Shown: positions 36,982 to 51,743 of the stretch, piece after piece
Layout of the letters: every line of letters begins with the position of its first letter
How positions within the stretch are numbered: the stretch's first letter is position 1
Source: Octopus vulgaris
Lineage: Eukaryota
DNA length: 64,000 nt
NCBI GenBank assembly: GCA_951406725.2
Contig: OX597814.1
Coordinates: 99,324,001 to 99,388,000, forward strand
Reading direction: 5' to 3'
The notes under the pieces: model-generated
The model's input: only the letters and a program-made list of their open reading frames with translations
What the model was told of the DNA's origin: nothing
Database searches by the model: none
Translations under genes and position numbers: made by a program

Positions 36982-38214
36982 TATATCACCTACTGTGTGA
37001 TTTTTGTTAAATTCATACCGCCATTCATTGCTTAGATATATCAATGCTCGATAAGCCGGAGGCATTTAAAAAGCTATTAAATCTATTGGACGAGTGATTG
37101 ATTATATGGTTAATAAATTATAATATTAAACACACAGTTAACATTAAACTATAGCTTACATCTTTACAACATGTTTTTTAGGAAATCATAAATACAGGAT
37201 AAGATGTATATATTCAGGGAATGTATCAAATACACAAACATTTGCAGTTAATGTAGGTGAAAGAATTGTTAGGAGCTCTTATAGAACATTTGTGATAAGC
37301 TTAATCGTTGTAGTACCGAGAGGAGGGATATTTCGCCATATAACATTTCACTATGATGTGCTAGTCCATTTTAGCCATGCTTGTCTTATTATAACATAAC
37401 GCTCTCACAAATGTCTTACATCATTGCACAAAAAGACAAACAAACATTCTTGTATCTTTAGAAATTATCTTCCAAAATCGTTTAAAATATTTTTCTGTTC
37501 TTTTCAATAAGCTATGATGCAAATAACATGTTCTTTCAAATTCACTAAAGTATCTCAAGAATTTATTACACATACGCAAATACACACACAAGCACTTACA
37601 CAAACGCATGTATATATGCAATGTATGTGTATGTGTGCATATTTACCAACTCATACATATATGTGTATGTATTTGTGTGTATGTATATATATATATATAT
37701 ATGAATATATATATACACACACACACATACGTATATGCATATATATGCGTACACAGCACGCGTGCGCACGCTCACGCACACGTATGTGACAGATGCAGAA
37801 ACAGGTGCGTGTGTATATGTATGAATATCATTTGTGTGTGTGTGTGTGTGTGTATGGAATACGATAAACTTGATATCTGTAATAGATGTGTGTTTCCGTT
37901 GCCTAAGGCTTTTATGTCATATCTGATTGATTGTCTTCATGTATTTTCGAACAAGTGCACAAACATTAACAACATTTATAAGCATTTACGAGGATATTCA
38001 CAACTATATTTTGAAACAGTGAACGCAAATATAAATTATTCACACAAGAACACGTACGCACATAACCAGTCACATATGCATATACACAGCATCTACGCAT
38101 ACACATACACCTATGCATATTGTTTATTTCGTTCAAAAATCGATGATGACGATGATGATGAAACCATGGTTTCAGGAATGATATTACTGTTGATAAGGAT
38201 AACAATAATTATTT

Positions 38215-38405
38215 CGAATTTTGGAACAAGGCGAGCAATTTTATAGGAAGTTGTATGTCGTTTATATCCACCTAGTATTTGACTTAACCTCGAAACAATG
38301 AAAAGCAAAGTCAATCGGGCGGAATTTGAACTCAGACCATAAAGATTTGAAAAGAAAAATGCCTTAAACCATTTTGTCTTATGACTAAACGACTTCGCCA
38401 GCGCG
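38215..38405 (-). mobile_element. SINE B (diverged)
   Basis: tttcgaattttggaacaagg...gaaaagcaaagtcaa..gcggaatttgaactcag...aacgacttcgccagc. Confidence 0.75.
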
Positions 38406-39639
38406 AAATGTTTCTTTATTGACCAGTAAGGATTTATATAAAGATCGAGGTAGGTACCAGACGATACAATGTGCAGTTACATTGAAATACGTCTCCTAAA
38501 GTGAGGAGACTTTCAATTTCTGTCGTGGGAATCCTAAAAAACAAAAAAAAAAAAAAACGTAAAAGAACCGAAAAAGAAAAAAAAAACGGGCATCTTAACC
38601 ACTGATGCAAGTGTCTGCTTCTTTTTCTCCTCATTCCATCTACAGCAATTGAATCATTATTCCTTTTTTTTTCCAGGTAGTCTGCTTATCCCTTTCAGCA
38701 TCCATTTATTAACTGTCCTTATAAATGGAGGTGTAATTCTGCAATAAGTATAGCTTAACGTTCGATTACCCAGAAATGTTGCTGACGCGAGCGATTCTCA
38801 TTTTGTTTACTGGTTGTGTCGAGAGTGCGGGGTTTTCGGCCTCAATTTTTACTCCCAGTAATGGAGATGTAGCAGTTTTATCTACTGACTCACGAATCGC
38901 TTCTAGGAGACAACATCCAATAGTTGTTCGTATTGCTTTTATTCTTTTATACTTTCTCGCAACAAAAGAAAGCTTTTAAATCGCTTTGCTTCTACTCGTG
39001 TAGCAGCTGAGTCTTCTTCTTTGAATTTTGAGTTTTAAGGTCTTAAAATTGGCACATTCTGCGGGATATTTTTCTGGTACTGTTTTGTAACCTGTGTAAT
39101 CATGTGGACTTATACGTCCATGGTCATCCCATCCAATCATATTTCAACAGACGTTACCACTGAATTGACCACCAACCCATATTTAACCATTAAGTGGACC
39201 ACAAGCCAAGAGTCAACATCAAGTCCGACGTCTCTGACGGTGGCCCTTAGGTTCCTTCTTCCGGTAATTGTGGGATCAGCTTGTGGTCAGGTGTGCCACG
39301 TATTATTGTAGCCGTACTTTCGTCCCATCCTCAGTTTTAAAGATGACACTATACTGTAATGTGCCCTCCATTTAACAACGGAGTAGAGTTTACTGAGAAT
39401 ATTAGCCAGGGCTGTATCTAAACGTTCGCGTAGAAAAGAAAAGTGCTGTGTCCTTGGAAAGGTAGAGGTACGTTACTCCCATACTCTAGCAGGCCTCTGT
39501 GACTGATTGTTGAAATCTAGTCGCTGTCCAATGAATAAGAACATATTGTACTTTCTCTTAGCGTTACACGACAGAATCGAATGAAAATATATAAAGAAAA
39601 ACGAACCTTGTCTTGTGAAATATAATCAAAAATAGAAAT

Positions 39640-39900
39640 CACTTCGTTGCTGTGTGATAAGAAGCTTGCTTTCCTGACACATGGTTCTTGGTTCAGTTGT
39701 GCTGCGTGGCACTTTGGGAAAGTATCTTCTATTATAGCCTCGGGCCGACCAATGCCTTGTGAGAGGATTTACTCGACAGAAACTGAAAGAAGCTCGGTGT
39801 GTATATATATATATGTGTATTTAGGTGTGTGTGTGCCTTTCTCTCTGTGTTTGTTCTCCACCATCACCGATGTTGGTTTGTTGATATCCCCGTAAGCCTG
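39640..39900 (+). mobile_element. SINE A (diverged, 3' truncated)
   Basis: gctgtgtgataagaagcttgct...tatagcctcgggccgacc. Confidence 0.8.
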
Positions 39901-40224
39901 ACAACAACAACAGCAACAACCAGAAAAACTTCTAATTTGTGAGCAATTTTGAGTGGAGAATTAGTAGATTGTATCGAACCCAAGGATACACTTTTACTAT
40001 CTTTTCTCTGTATCGAAAGTATATGAAAGGCAAATTTGTCGTTGGTGGGGATTCAACTCCGATCGTAGAATGCAAGAATAAACACTGCAACACATTCTAA
40101 TCCGACACTCTACTGGTCCTAACAAACAACAATAATAACAATTCTTCTTTCTACTAAAGGAACAAGACCTGACATTTTTGGTTCGTTGAATGCCTGACAG
40201 CATCACACATTTTCTGATACATAG

Positions 40225-41530
40225 CATGAAAGAATAGAAAACTAAATTTTACTCAAGTAATATATCTTTTGGTGAAGTCAGTATTAAAAGGGGAATCTTC
40301 CAAGGTGACTCGTTTTCTCCATTACTTTTTTTGCAATTGCTAATAATACTATTAACAATGACACTTAGGAAAGTTAAGATGAGTTGCCAATGTAGGAAGA
40401 AAGGCCCATCATTGAATCATCTTCTGCTTATGGATGACGTGAAATTATTTGGGGAATCTGAAAAACAGATAGATTCCTTAAACAAACCAGTGTAGAAGTG
40501 TGGTAGGGACAGCAGTATGGAATTTGGGATTACCAAATGCTCAGTACTTAATATGAAAAGAGGGAAGAAAGCAGCCCGCAGAGGATTGCGGTTACCATCA
40601 GGAGAGGCAATGGGTGAACCAGACGGTAATGGGTTTAGATATTTAGGGATTTTGGAGCTGGATGATATTCTACGCAGATGACATTCTATAAAGTAAAGGT
40701 CAGCGAGGCTTATCAAAAATGTGCGAATATGGCGTGGAGATCAAAAATTTGATTATCACAATGAATATCTGGGCAGTTGCGGTGGTCATATATAGCGCGT
40801 CCACACTCAAATGGACAATAAGGGGAAATATCAACACTGGATAGAAGGACATGAAAGTTGATGACGCTGCATGGAGCGCTACACCCTAAAGCAAACATAA
40901 ACAGGCTGTATATAAAAAGAAAGAATGGGGGCAGAGGACTAATTAGTATAGACCATTGTATAAGGAGAGAAAGGAGAACGCTTGCCAAGTATTTGATAAA
41001 TAGTGATGGAGACCTGCTGCAATATGCCGCGAAAGATATGGGTGTAAATGTAGATGAAATCATGGGCAAGGAAAACTATAACTAAAGAGCTGAAGAGATG
41101 AAAAAAAAAGAAGACCTTCTTGAAATGAGAATGCACAAGACATTTGAAAGGAATACACAAAACATTAAGGATAACACAACATCGTGGGCATGATTTGAGT
41201 GAGGTGATTTGAAGCGTACCACTGAAAGCCTGATCAATGCTGCACAAGTCCAGGCTCTCGCTACCTATTCAGTTAAGTATAACATCTATAATACTTCTGA
41301 TACCCAGAAATGCAGACTGCTGATCGGAGCGTTGAGATCAATCCCATTGAAACTTGAAAATGTCTTAAGGCAACTGGAAATCCCATGCAAGATTGATACC
41401 TTGCAAAAAGCAGCCTTATTGGGCACAGGGCACATCTTAAGGAAAGTATTACTTGTCTGAGGTCCTTGTTACTTGACAGATGACTAAAAACTCCGGTGCC
41501 TTTTTGCCTACACAGTGTTACGATGAAATA
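40225..41530 (+). mobile_element. R4/Dong-like LINE with RT core, internally deleted, (AAT)n tail
   Basis: IKRGIFQGDSFSPL, NHLLLMDDVKLF, GMEFGITKC, YLGILE, LHPKANINRLYIKRKNGGRGLISI, TESLINAAQVQAL, KCRL joined directly to IGALRSIP...LLGTGHILRKVL*; (AAT)n follows at 41533-41600. Confidence 0.9.
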
Positions 41531-41532
41531 GC

Positions 41533-41597
<65 letters not shown>

Positions 41598-42171
41598 TAA
41601 TAACAATCATAGCAGTAAAAATAATGACAATAAAAAGAGCAATAATAATAGTAGCTTCTATCACAGGCACAAATATTGAAATTCCATTATTTTTCACGAC
41701 AGTTCATTGAAATAAGACTCGTAATAGCGACGGCACCAACGACAAATACAAACATAATAATTACGATGATGATGATAAGGAGGAGGGGGTAAGAGAAGGA
41801 GGAGAAAGTGTAGGATGAAGATGTCGATGAAGATGCTACGGCTGCTGCTGAGGATAATGTTGGTTACTTGTATCAGAACAGGATGGAGGTGGGGCAAAAT
41901 AATAAAAGTAACTGAAAAGCAGATACAAATGTTATTATGAATTTAAACCCATGTAAACATTTAAATATTTAATAAGGTAGAAAATTAAAACCAATATATT
42001 TAAATTTAAAACCAATGTATTTAAATTTATTTCTAACTATTAATGATATTCATACGTATGTATATTCTATTATATTTTATGATATCGTTTCATGTCATTT
42101 ATTATATGATGGTGTATCATATATATATATAGATACATACATACATACATACATACATATAATTATATATG

Positions 42172-42259
<88 letters not shown>

Positions 42260-42590
42260 CACATGTGATGTGTGTGTGTGTGTAAGTGTATAGTGATACC
42301 TGTGCTTTTGTATATTTATATATGCATACATCTGTTGAAAATGGGAAAATGGACGTTAAATCATTGATCAGAGATAGGGAGATATCCGTCAGAATTTTGT
42401 CATTTTGAAAGTTGATATACATTATTGAGTCTTCTTTCAATGAAAATAGTTGTTTCGGAGTTCATATTTCATAACCTGCATCTGGCTATTAAATCAGATG
42501 TGTCGCTGTGTACGCGTGATTCAGCATCTTTCACAATTTCTCTCGCACTCATTTGCTCATTTCGTTTACTCTCTCTCTCTCTTTTGTGCA

Positions 42591-42628
<38 letters not shown>

Positions 42629-43594
42629 TTCTATATCTTGCTTGTATTTGAGTGCTTGAAATGAGTGTGTGAGTATATGTAACATGACATGCAAACGAGA
42701 GTTTAACTCCGCTTTAAAGCATTTCTTTATATTCATATATGAAGATATGTATATACAAAAGAGATCTTTTAAAGTGAGTTTGTATGCGTGTGTGTGTGTG
42801 TGTGTACGTGTTTTCCTTATGCATTCCAAAACCGAGTTGCCGTTTTTGAAGTATGGAGTGTTAAAAGATTCAATAAGCTTTTGGCTACCAACTAAACTAT
42901 ATTTTAATTCACTTATTTGCATTACAAAAATTTAAGATTATCATTTTTCTTTTAGTCACCTATCGTAAACGTCATCTATTACCCCCAGCCCCACTCCACC
43001 CTACCTCCACAACGACGATGACGTCACATTTTCTATATTTCTTTGCACGTTCATTACGTACGTTAGGCCGATGACTCTGAAGTATATGTGTGACGGGGTT
43101 AATGTCTGTTTGTATACTTACATTTTTGTGACTACATTTTTGTGACACGCACACACTTCTAAAGACACAGACTGACAAACACAGGGAGAGAGATAGGCTT
43201 GAGGTGTGCGTTAATCTATGTCTCTGCGTGTCTTAGTATAAGTATGTGACTTTCCCAAACCAACAGCGAAACGCTCTTATATTGAAAGTTACAAAGATTA
43301 GGTTTCATTAGAAATTGAAAATAGTTTCACACTTTCAATTTCAACCAAAATCTCAACCAAAAGTGTTCGATTACGACGAGACTGATGATGTGTGAATAAT
43401 GAAAGTAATTTTTCCTCGAATTAGTCACATCAGTATTATAATAAAGAAAGTTACTTAGGTGATCTTTCGTCTTGACTTGCAGAGCTGTCATCAGCATTCT
43501 TTAATTTCCGAAATAAGATTTAATTTATTTACATTTGTTTTAAAATGAAAGAGATGAGAAAATGAAAGGTGTATGTATGTATATGAAATGGACG

Positions 43595-43638
<44 letters not shown>

Positions 43639-43811
43639 AGAGAGGAAGGAAGACAGATATAGAGAGAGGAAGGGAAAAAGAGAGAGAGGAAAAGAGAAGG
43701 AGAGATAGAAATAGAGCGTCTGAAGGGGTGTCTTGTCATGTATACGTACATACATCAATATATATGCATGCATCTTTTTTGTATGTACATGTGTGTGTGT
43801 GTGTGTGTGTG

Positions 43812-43862
<51 letters not shown>

Positions 43863-44080
43863 CAACGATTAGAATAAGTAAAACATTTTTTAAAAATGTA
43901 ATATGGAATCGATTTATTCGACAAAATACTACAATTCTGTACCTCAGCATGGCCCCCATCTAATGATTGAAACAGTTATGTGTGTATATCTATCTATCGA
44001 TCTATCTATCTATCTACACACACACAAAAACACATATATATATACATATATATACATCTCTCTCTCTCTCTCTTTCCCCC

Positions 44081-44134
<54 letters not shown>

Positions 44135-44371
44135 TTACACAAACACACAAAATATGGGGGTTTAGTTCCCATTTGATCTAAACGATTAGGTACGCTAGGT
44201 AAGTGCTGTATCGAATTACTTGGGCTCCAAGGTTATAGCCGAGACGGTAGATATGGTGCTATTGTAGGTTTCCAATATAGCAGATATATAACTGTTAAAG
44301 AGAACATCAAACGTTAAGGCAAGGTAAACATCACAAGTCACATACATTATTATTATTGGAAAAAATTCAAA

Positions 44372-44427
44372 GTCGTACAGCTGTTTCTGGGATATCCCAG
44401 AGTAGGGGGTATTGCGTCATCAGAGAC
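44372..44427 (-). ncRNA. Hammerhead-ribozyme motif of Penelope type (decayed stems)
   Basis: Minus strand gtct-CTGATGA-cgcaata...tatccca-GAAA-CAGCTG-TA-cgac: canonical core and palindromic stem III ACAGCTGT; stems I and II imperfect. Confidence 0.6.
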
Positions 44428-45104
44428 AAATATGGAAAATGAGAAGGGTATAACTCTAATAAAATGACGACATAGGGGAAAGGAGTAAAGGAGTAAGGAG
44501 ATGAAGAAAGAAGAGAAAAAAGAAGCATAAAAGTTCACAGTTCAACTTCCGATCTTGTAGAAATAAGTCCAGAAGTCCTTAGGTGCAATGCTGCGTAACT
44601 CCGTGATACTGCTTTTTCTTTCGAAAAATTATAGAACTGCTTTCAAGTGTTCAGGCTGAACTCTAGAGGCTATATAGTAAATAATATAATTTAAAGAAGA
44701 AGCAAAAATTAGATAATTATCTTGTATATATGACATACATTAATATAAAAAATACATTAAATCCTTCAGAACATATTAAAAGTAATTATTTAAGAATATA
44801 ATATAAATAAGAGATATATGATTTCAGAATATACATGAAAATATACGCAAGAAAAAAAATTCGATATGTGGAGTGATATAGCGTGTATAAGAAAATCTCA
44901 TTAAAAATTAAAAATTAAAAATTTAGAATTAAAAACCAAAACGTAAAAATAAAAATTACATTGACGGCAGTGAGAAACCTTAATGAGGAATTTAAAAGTC
45001 AGAGAAATATAAAATGAGATGTTAGTGCTATTTTCATTTTTGCGTTATTTAGACGACAATTTATTCACCGCACCCTTTATACACACACACACGCACACAC
45101 ATTG

Positions 45105-45535
45105 TTGAGGCTGTTGCACCACCTTGAAGAATTGTTAGTCGAATGCATCGACCCTAGAACTTATTTTTTAAAAACCTAATACTTACTCTATCATCCTCTT
45201 TTGCCGGACAACCAAGTTACGGGGACGTAAACACATCAACTCTGGTTGTCAAGCGGTTGGTGGGAGACAAACACAGATACAAGAGGACACACAGGCACAC
45301 ACAGGCACATACTCGCACACATACACGCTCTCGCCCCCCACACACGCACACACACACACACGCGCACATATATATACGACGGGCTTCTTTCAGTTTCCTT
45401 CTACCAAATGCACTCAGAAAGCTTTGGTCGGCCCGAGTCTATAGTAGAAGACATTTGACGAAGGGTCCACTAAGTGGGACTGAACCCGGAACCATGTGTT
45501 TGGGAATAAGCTTTTTACTACACAGCTACGCCTGC
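45105..45535 (-). mobile_element. SINE A variant, near full length
   Basis: Reverse complement of the family A head (gcaggcgtagctgtgtagtaa...ggttcagtcccact) with an internal (CA)n tract. Confidence 0.85.
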
Positions 45536-45899
45536 AGCTATTAATACTTTTACCTTAGTAATTCTACCAAATGCAGCGTAGGTTTGTGATTACCACCACT
45601 TAAAAAAAATGAGTACATGTGAAAGGATTACTTGAATCTCCAAAAAAATACACGATAGTGTTCAGATAATTTTAAGGAATGGATTCTGTTTACTATTGCA
45701 GAATTGGGGTGATGGCGGTTAAGTGTCACGGGTACAAAACATACTGTCATAATAGTGGCAGAACAAGAACTGCTGACATTACGGCACCTAAGACAGCTCG
45801 TTACCGACTCGGTCAAATACACGCCCCTTCCCTTCCCTCTTTTCACTAACAATCTCCATTTTTTCCAACAATAACACAAACAAACCAACACTCTCACAC

Positions 45900-46280
45900 A
45901 CATACGTGCATATGTGTGTATGTGTGTGTGCATATATATATATATGTATATGTATACGTATGTTTATATATATATATGGGTATATATGTATATATATATG
46001 CGTGTGTATGCATGTATACATGTATATATATATATATGTAGATGTATGTATACACATACACATAAATATACATACATATGTACCTATATATATATATATA
46101 GATATATAGATAGATATGTATATATATACCTGTATATATATATATGCATATATACATCCATGCATGCATACATATATATATATATACACACATACATACA
46201 TATATACATACATACATACACACACACACACATATATGTATATATATATATATATATACATGTATACATATATACATATA

Positions 46281-46343
<63 letters not shown>

Positions 46344-46636
46344 GTCCATGTACGTTTACAATTAAAAGAGTAAGTGCTGTCAAAGTGTAAGATAGGCGCG
46401 TAAATTACTCCAATTTCATTCAACGCTCGGTGTCAGTTTAATTCCCATTCATATTAACCATTCAGTCATATTCTTGTTTCGCATCTACAATTCAATGTCT
46501 TTTCTGCTTAGTATTCAATGGTTTTACGTGTCTTGTCATCTTATTACTGGACATGTGTAAGTATTTGGACGTGAAATTGTGAACAAGTACACCCATATAT
46601 GTAATGTAATGTTCCTATACACAAGTATGTATGCAC

Positions 46637-46700
<64 letters not shown>

Positions 46701-46735
46701 ATATATATGTATGTATGTATATATATATGTATATA

Positions 46736-46807
<72 letters not shown>

Positions 46808-46877
46808 CATATACACATACACATGTGTGTGTGTGTTTATACATCGGCATACGTACGTACATAAAATTTTTCATCGT

Positions 46878-46912
<35 letters not shown>

Positions 46913-47660
46913 GTGCAGCTATATATATATTCGTATATATATATATATATATATACACGAATATATATATTAGTGTGGGTTGAGAACAAAATTAATGTAT
47001 GCATGCGAATGAATGCGTGGCATGATGGGGGTACGGCGCTCAGGAAATGTTGACGTTTTTATGTATACGCCCAGATATATATGTATGTATATCCATACAT
47101 CTATATGTTTGCCTATGTATTTGCGTATGTGTGATATTTGTGTATTTGCGCGTGCATGCACATACACACATATGCATATACTTGTGTGTGTGTCTGTGCG
47201 TATATATATATGTATATATGTGTGTCTATTTGTGGGTATGTCTGTGTTTATGTGAATGTTATGTGTCCGTGTATGCGCACAGGCATACATGTAGCATATA
47301 TGCACTTATACAAACATGATATAGATAAATAAGTCGATGGATATATAGAAAGATAGATAGACAATCAAACAAGCAGACGGAATCAGAGATTGATAGATAG
47401 ATAGCTAGCTAGCTAGATAGATAGATAGATAGATAGATAGACTGACAGACAAATAGATTGTTAGATAGACAGACTGACAGATAGACATGGATAATAGATA
47501 GATGATGGATAAATAGATAGATAAAAGGATAAATAGATAGATAGCAGAAAGTTATATAGACAGATAGGTAGATAGATGATAGATAGATAAATAGATAGAT
47601 AGAGGACAGATAGATAGACGATAGATACATAAATAGATAAGTAGATAAATAGATAGATAT
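45900..47660. repeat. Extended (TA)/(CA)/(TATG) low-complexity region ending in degenerate (GATA)n
   Basis: Visible directly. Confidence 0.9.
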
Positions 47661-48389
47661 ACCTATATTCACGCAAACGTACAGAGAAACAGACTTGCGC
47701 ACAAATATACGAATACTTTTATACTCTGATAAATACGCATTGACTTAGCAAATGCTGTTTTAGATCTATGAAGAGATCTCCATATGATTTTCCGACATTT
47801 TATAATTCAGAGCAAATTTCTCGTGAATCACACTCTACTCTCATAAGCAAGAAGGGATGCACTGGATAATCTAATCGTAGATAATCTGTGTATCAATACA
47901 GTCTGACCATGAACACCATGTATTGATTTCGGACTTATCTACTACAAGTGAGCTTGTCTTGTGCTTTCTTGCATGGGCCTATGTACACATACACATACAA
48001 AATTAAAGTTTAGATAGATTTTAAAATGTAGTATCCAAACCTTGCTTTGTAAATGTCCTTAGTAGTGTACTTTGAGAGTTCATTTACCACATACGGCTAC
48101 CAGGCTTCATCTGCGGCACTGCACTTTACTCGCAAGATTTATATAAGGAATTCTTCATTACACGTCTAGTATAATTGGGGAAGACGGAGTGTATTGTAAA
48201 TTTTATTTAGCGCGAAAATCGTTTCGATAAATTGGAATCGAATGCACCCACAGTGCAGAAGAAAACATATCAAGTTACGTAATACGTTATAGTGATATAA
48301 TATTAAATTTGGCTACTGTGTGCGGCAGGGTGGTGTTGTTATGATGCGTTTCATAATAACATGGTTTCCTCCTATCTGGTTCTGATGGT

Positions 48390-48760
48390 TCTTAGGATCC
48401 AGCCAGCCGTCTGCACTTTGTCGACATCTTGGTAATGTGCACTTGGAAAGAAGTATCATCTTTCATGTCGATACCTCGATCATGCACTGATTTAGATTCT
48501 GGGATTGTAATCGCTTCTGGGATAGTGCAACCTGTAAGTTTTTCGTTCAGTCTTGGGTGCTAGTATCGCAGGGCTTGGAATTTTCCAGCATTAAACTGCA
48601 TATTATAGTCCTCAGCGCATCTGTAAACTGCGTCCAACTTCTGCTGCAGGCGTGCAAACATCGCTAGGGTTTTGTATTTTATGCGAGAATTTTGTATCGT
48701 CTGCGTAGCTAGCAAGGGTGACTGTTTTGGCAGCTAAGGGCATGTATGAGAGGGCCACTA
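48390..48760 (-). pseudogene. LINE reverse-transcriptase fragment (CR1/L2/Jockey-like)
   Basis: TLASYADDTKF followed by MQFNAGKFQALRY; clade assignment tentative. Confidence 0.75.
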
Positions 48761-48768
48761 TACATATA

Positions 48769-49075
48769 TCAGATTGATTAAAAAGTAAGCAACCTTTTGA
48801 ACTATGAAGAATTTGTATAGGATTTTTGCAGAGTTTCACATTTTTAAAAACATTTTTTGGCAATTGTTTGATAATACAGACATAGACTTGCTCAAATGCA
48901 TCAATAGATTAACATTGTTATTCTTTTCACCGTTGTTACAATAATCTGAAATGGAATTATCAAAGCACGATATTCGCGCAATTTTGCTATTCAACTTCAA
49001 TAAAAGACGTAAAGCAACTGAAACTGCACGTGATATCAACGAAACGTTTGGTGTGAAGAAATGACAAGTGAGTGG
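48769..49075 (+). mobile_element. Mariner 5' fragment
   Basis: TA|tcagattga start; ATG at 48951 gives MELSKHDIRAILLFNFNKRRKATETARDINETFG, the mariner N-terminal HTH pattern. Confidence 0.8.
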
Positions 49076-50129
49076 TCAACTCGAAAATGATATATTCACT
49101 GTAGATACAGTAGCCTCTTTGTCTAAATATACAGCCAATACCCTAATGATATGGTTATAAACCATTCTGGATGCTTGATTCTCTTGATGGGTCAGTTTGC
49201 TTTTTTTTTTTTCCCTGATCGCCCAGTTCTGATCGTAAAATTTCATTGGTCTGGAGATTGGTGATGTCAGCAACTGGTGTTTGAAAAGGTGTATGGTGTT
49301 ATTGTACAATGATTTGGAGTTGACTATTCCCTACAGGGAAGTCAACCTAGCAGAACGCCAAACTCGACCACCAGAAAGAATTAGATGTCATCAGAATTAT
49401 AACGAATCAAAAATTAGAACCATCCGCGGAAAAACATATATATACACTGATTCCAAAACACTCCGTTAAAAGCGAAAAGTCCTTTACACGATGGGAAAAA
49501 GAATCACACGCAAGATGAAAGAAGCTGAGAAAAAACACCCCAACTTTTTTGCTATTTTCTTTTCTTATTTATCTCTCCTGTTCACGTATTCTATTATAAC
49601 TCTGTTTGACCGAACTTTTAGTAATCCACATTTTTTATATTCTTTGCCGATCATTTTTGATATTATCTACCCCTGTCATTGAATTTTGTGAATATTTAAC
49701 CATTTAAACATGTGTTCTACTTCTCAATTATAAATTGTTAAAATCCCATTGTTTTATATACATTTATGCCCTTGACAAACAAAAAATTGTTGAAACTAGT
49801 TTGGTATTTATGTAAATAAATTTATTTAAAAAGAATTACACGTCTTTCAAATTCAGTTGCATTTTTAAAAACGAATTCTCCTATATTTTTTCCTGCATGG
49901 AAATAAACTCCTATTCATATATATATACGCACACGTATATGTAATGATTTTTAGTTTGCAAGTATTTTGAAATTCTGCATTGTTCTATGAAATTATGTAG
50001 ACACTATCTTCTCAATAAATTTCTTTATGCCATTCCTTTGTTCTTGCTACACACCAATTCTCCTATACACACACGAATGCTCACGCACATATGAATACAT
50101 ACGTTGATATATACCTATATCCACATACA

Positions 50130-50216
<87 letters not shown>

Positions 50217-50322
50217 GTTTGTGTATGTATGTTTGGTTAATAGAATTCACTTTAAAAACGAAGTGAATTGAAATCGCTCATCATAATAATACTCCCCAGC
50301 TCTCTTTATCTTTCAATTCCAG

Positions 50323-50384
50323 GATGACATGTTTCTTATTGTTGTTGTTGCTATTTTGTATCTTTGTCGAAACAATTTTAAGCA
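50323..50384 (+). CDS. Candidate exon encoding a signal peptide (MTCFLLLLLLFCIFVETILS)
   Basis: Pyrimidine-rich acceptor ...ctttcaattccag at 50322, ATG at 50324, hydrophobic core, phase-1 donor A|gtaaac (weak). Confidence 0.35.
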
Positions 50385-51055
50385 GTAAACTTTGATAAGT
50401 AATCTCTATTCTAACATAGTTTAGCTTCTTCCAAGTACAAACCTGTTGTTCGTATTACAACGACTTCGTTGCGAGCTGAGTAATGTAGAGTTGTGTTATC
50501 CTGTATTTGTTACCTTAATTAACGCGTTATCTTGCTCTTCAATTAGAGCGATAATGCAAGAGGAAAGAACGCAGAGTGGGGTTCCTAGTTAACAATTAGG
50601 ACAGTTAAATTATGGTAGCTTTTCGCAGTTCATTCTTCACGTCTAGTTTTTATTGCAATTATTGTTTTATACTCGTTTTAGTTCTTACTCGATGCTTATT
50701 TTTCTTTTTTATTGTAGTTTTTTTTTTAACGATGATACTCATTTTGCATGTTCTGCTGGTGGTGGTGGTGGAATGGTGAGGGTTATTACGGTGGTAGTGA
50801 TAGTGGAACTGGAAGAGATAGCAAGATAATTCATTTCCAGAAGAAATTAACAGTGGTGATAAGCCAGCGCAAACGATATCAACTTTGTATTTTACAAAGC
50901 TGAATCAGATGAACAAAGGAGAATACAAGATAAGTTTGTATTTAAGTAATAAAATAAACTCGCACACGTTCACATTAGAAATATTCATACACACACACAA
51001 AAATGCATCTCTCCAGCTCCAAATCTACGCATGTGTTCATACATACACACATATA

Positions 51056-51129
<74 letters not shown>

Positions 51130-51169
51130 GCATATATATACATACATACACACACATATATATACATGC

Positions 51170-51202
<33 letters not shown>

Positions 51203-51421
51203 TATCTCTATATATACAGACATACATATACATATATGTATGTATATATATACATCCGTTTGAATGTGTGTCACTGTTAAACAGAATGTAAATAGTCTAA
51301 ATGAAGCAGCTTCACTTGCACCCGTTATATCCTTCCCGCTTCTATTATTTCTTATCAATAGACTGCCTCAAGGAAGAATGTTAGTGCTTTTTATTTTTTT
51401 CTTTTCGCTTTTTCCTGCCAG

Positions 51422-51497
51422 GTTTGTCGACATTAAAACCTGGAAGTATACAAGCACAAATGCAATCAAGCACACATGCACCGACACAACCTATTAA
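51422..51497 (+). CDS. Candidate internal exon (S)[24 protein letters not shown](K)
   Basis: Strong acceptor ttttttcttttcgctttttcctgccag, donor AA|gtatgt; open in the phase left by the 50323 exon. Confidence 0.35.
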
Positions 51498-51690
51498 GTA
51501 TGTATGTGGAGGCGTGTATCTGCTTGTGTATGTGTGTGTGTGTATGAATGTGTATGTGTATATATATGTATGTATATATATAAGTATGTATGTGCATATG
51601 TATATATATATATATTTATATATATATATATAAATACAAATATATATACATACATATATATACACATACACATCCATACACACATATGCA

Positions 51691-51743
<53 letters not shown>

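Noticed and set aside
49290-49830. Possible GIY-YIG remnant and decayed hammerhead (gaaactagt)
   Set aside because: Too degenerate to support without a profile search.
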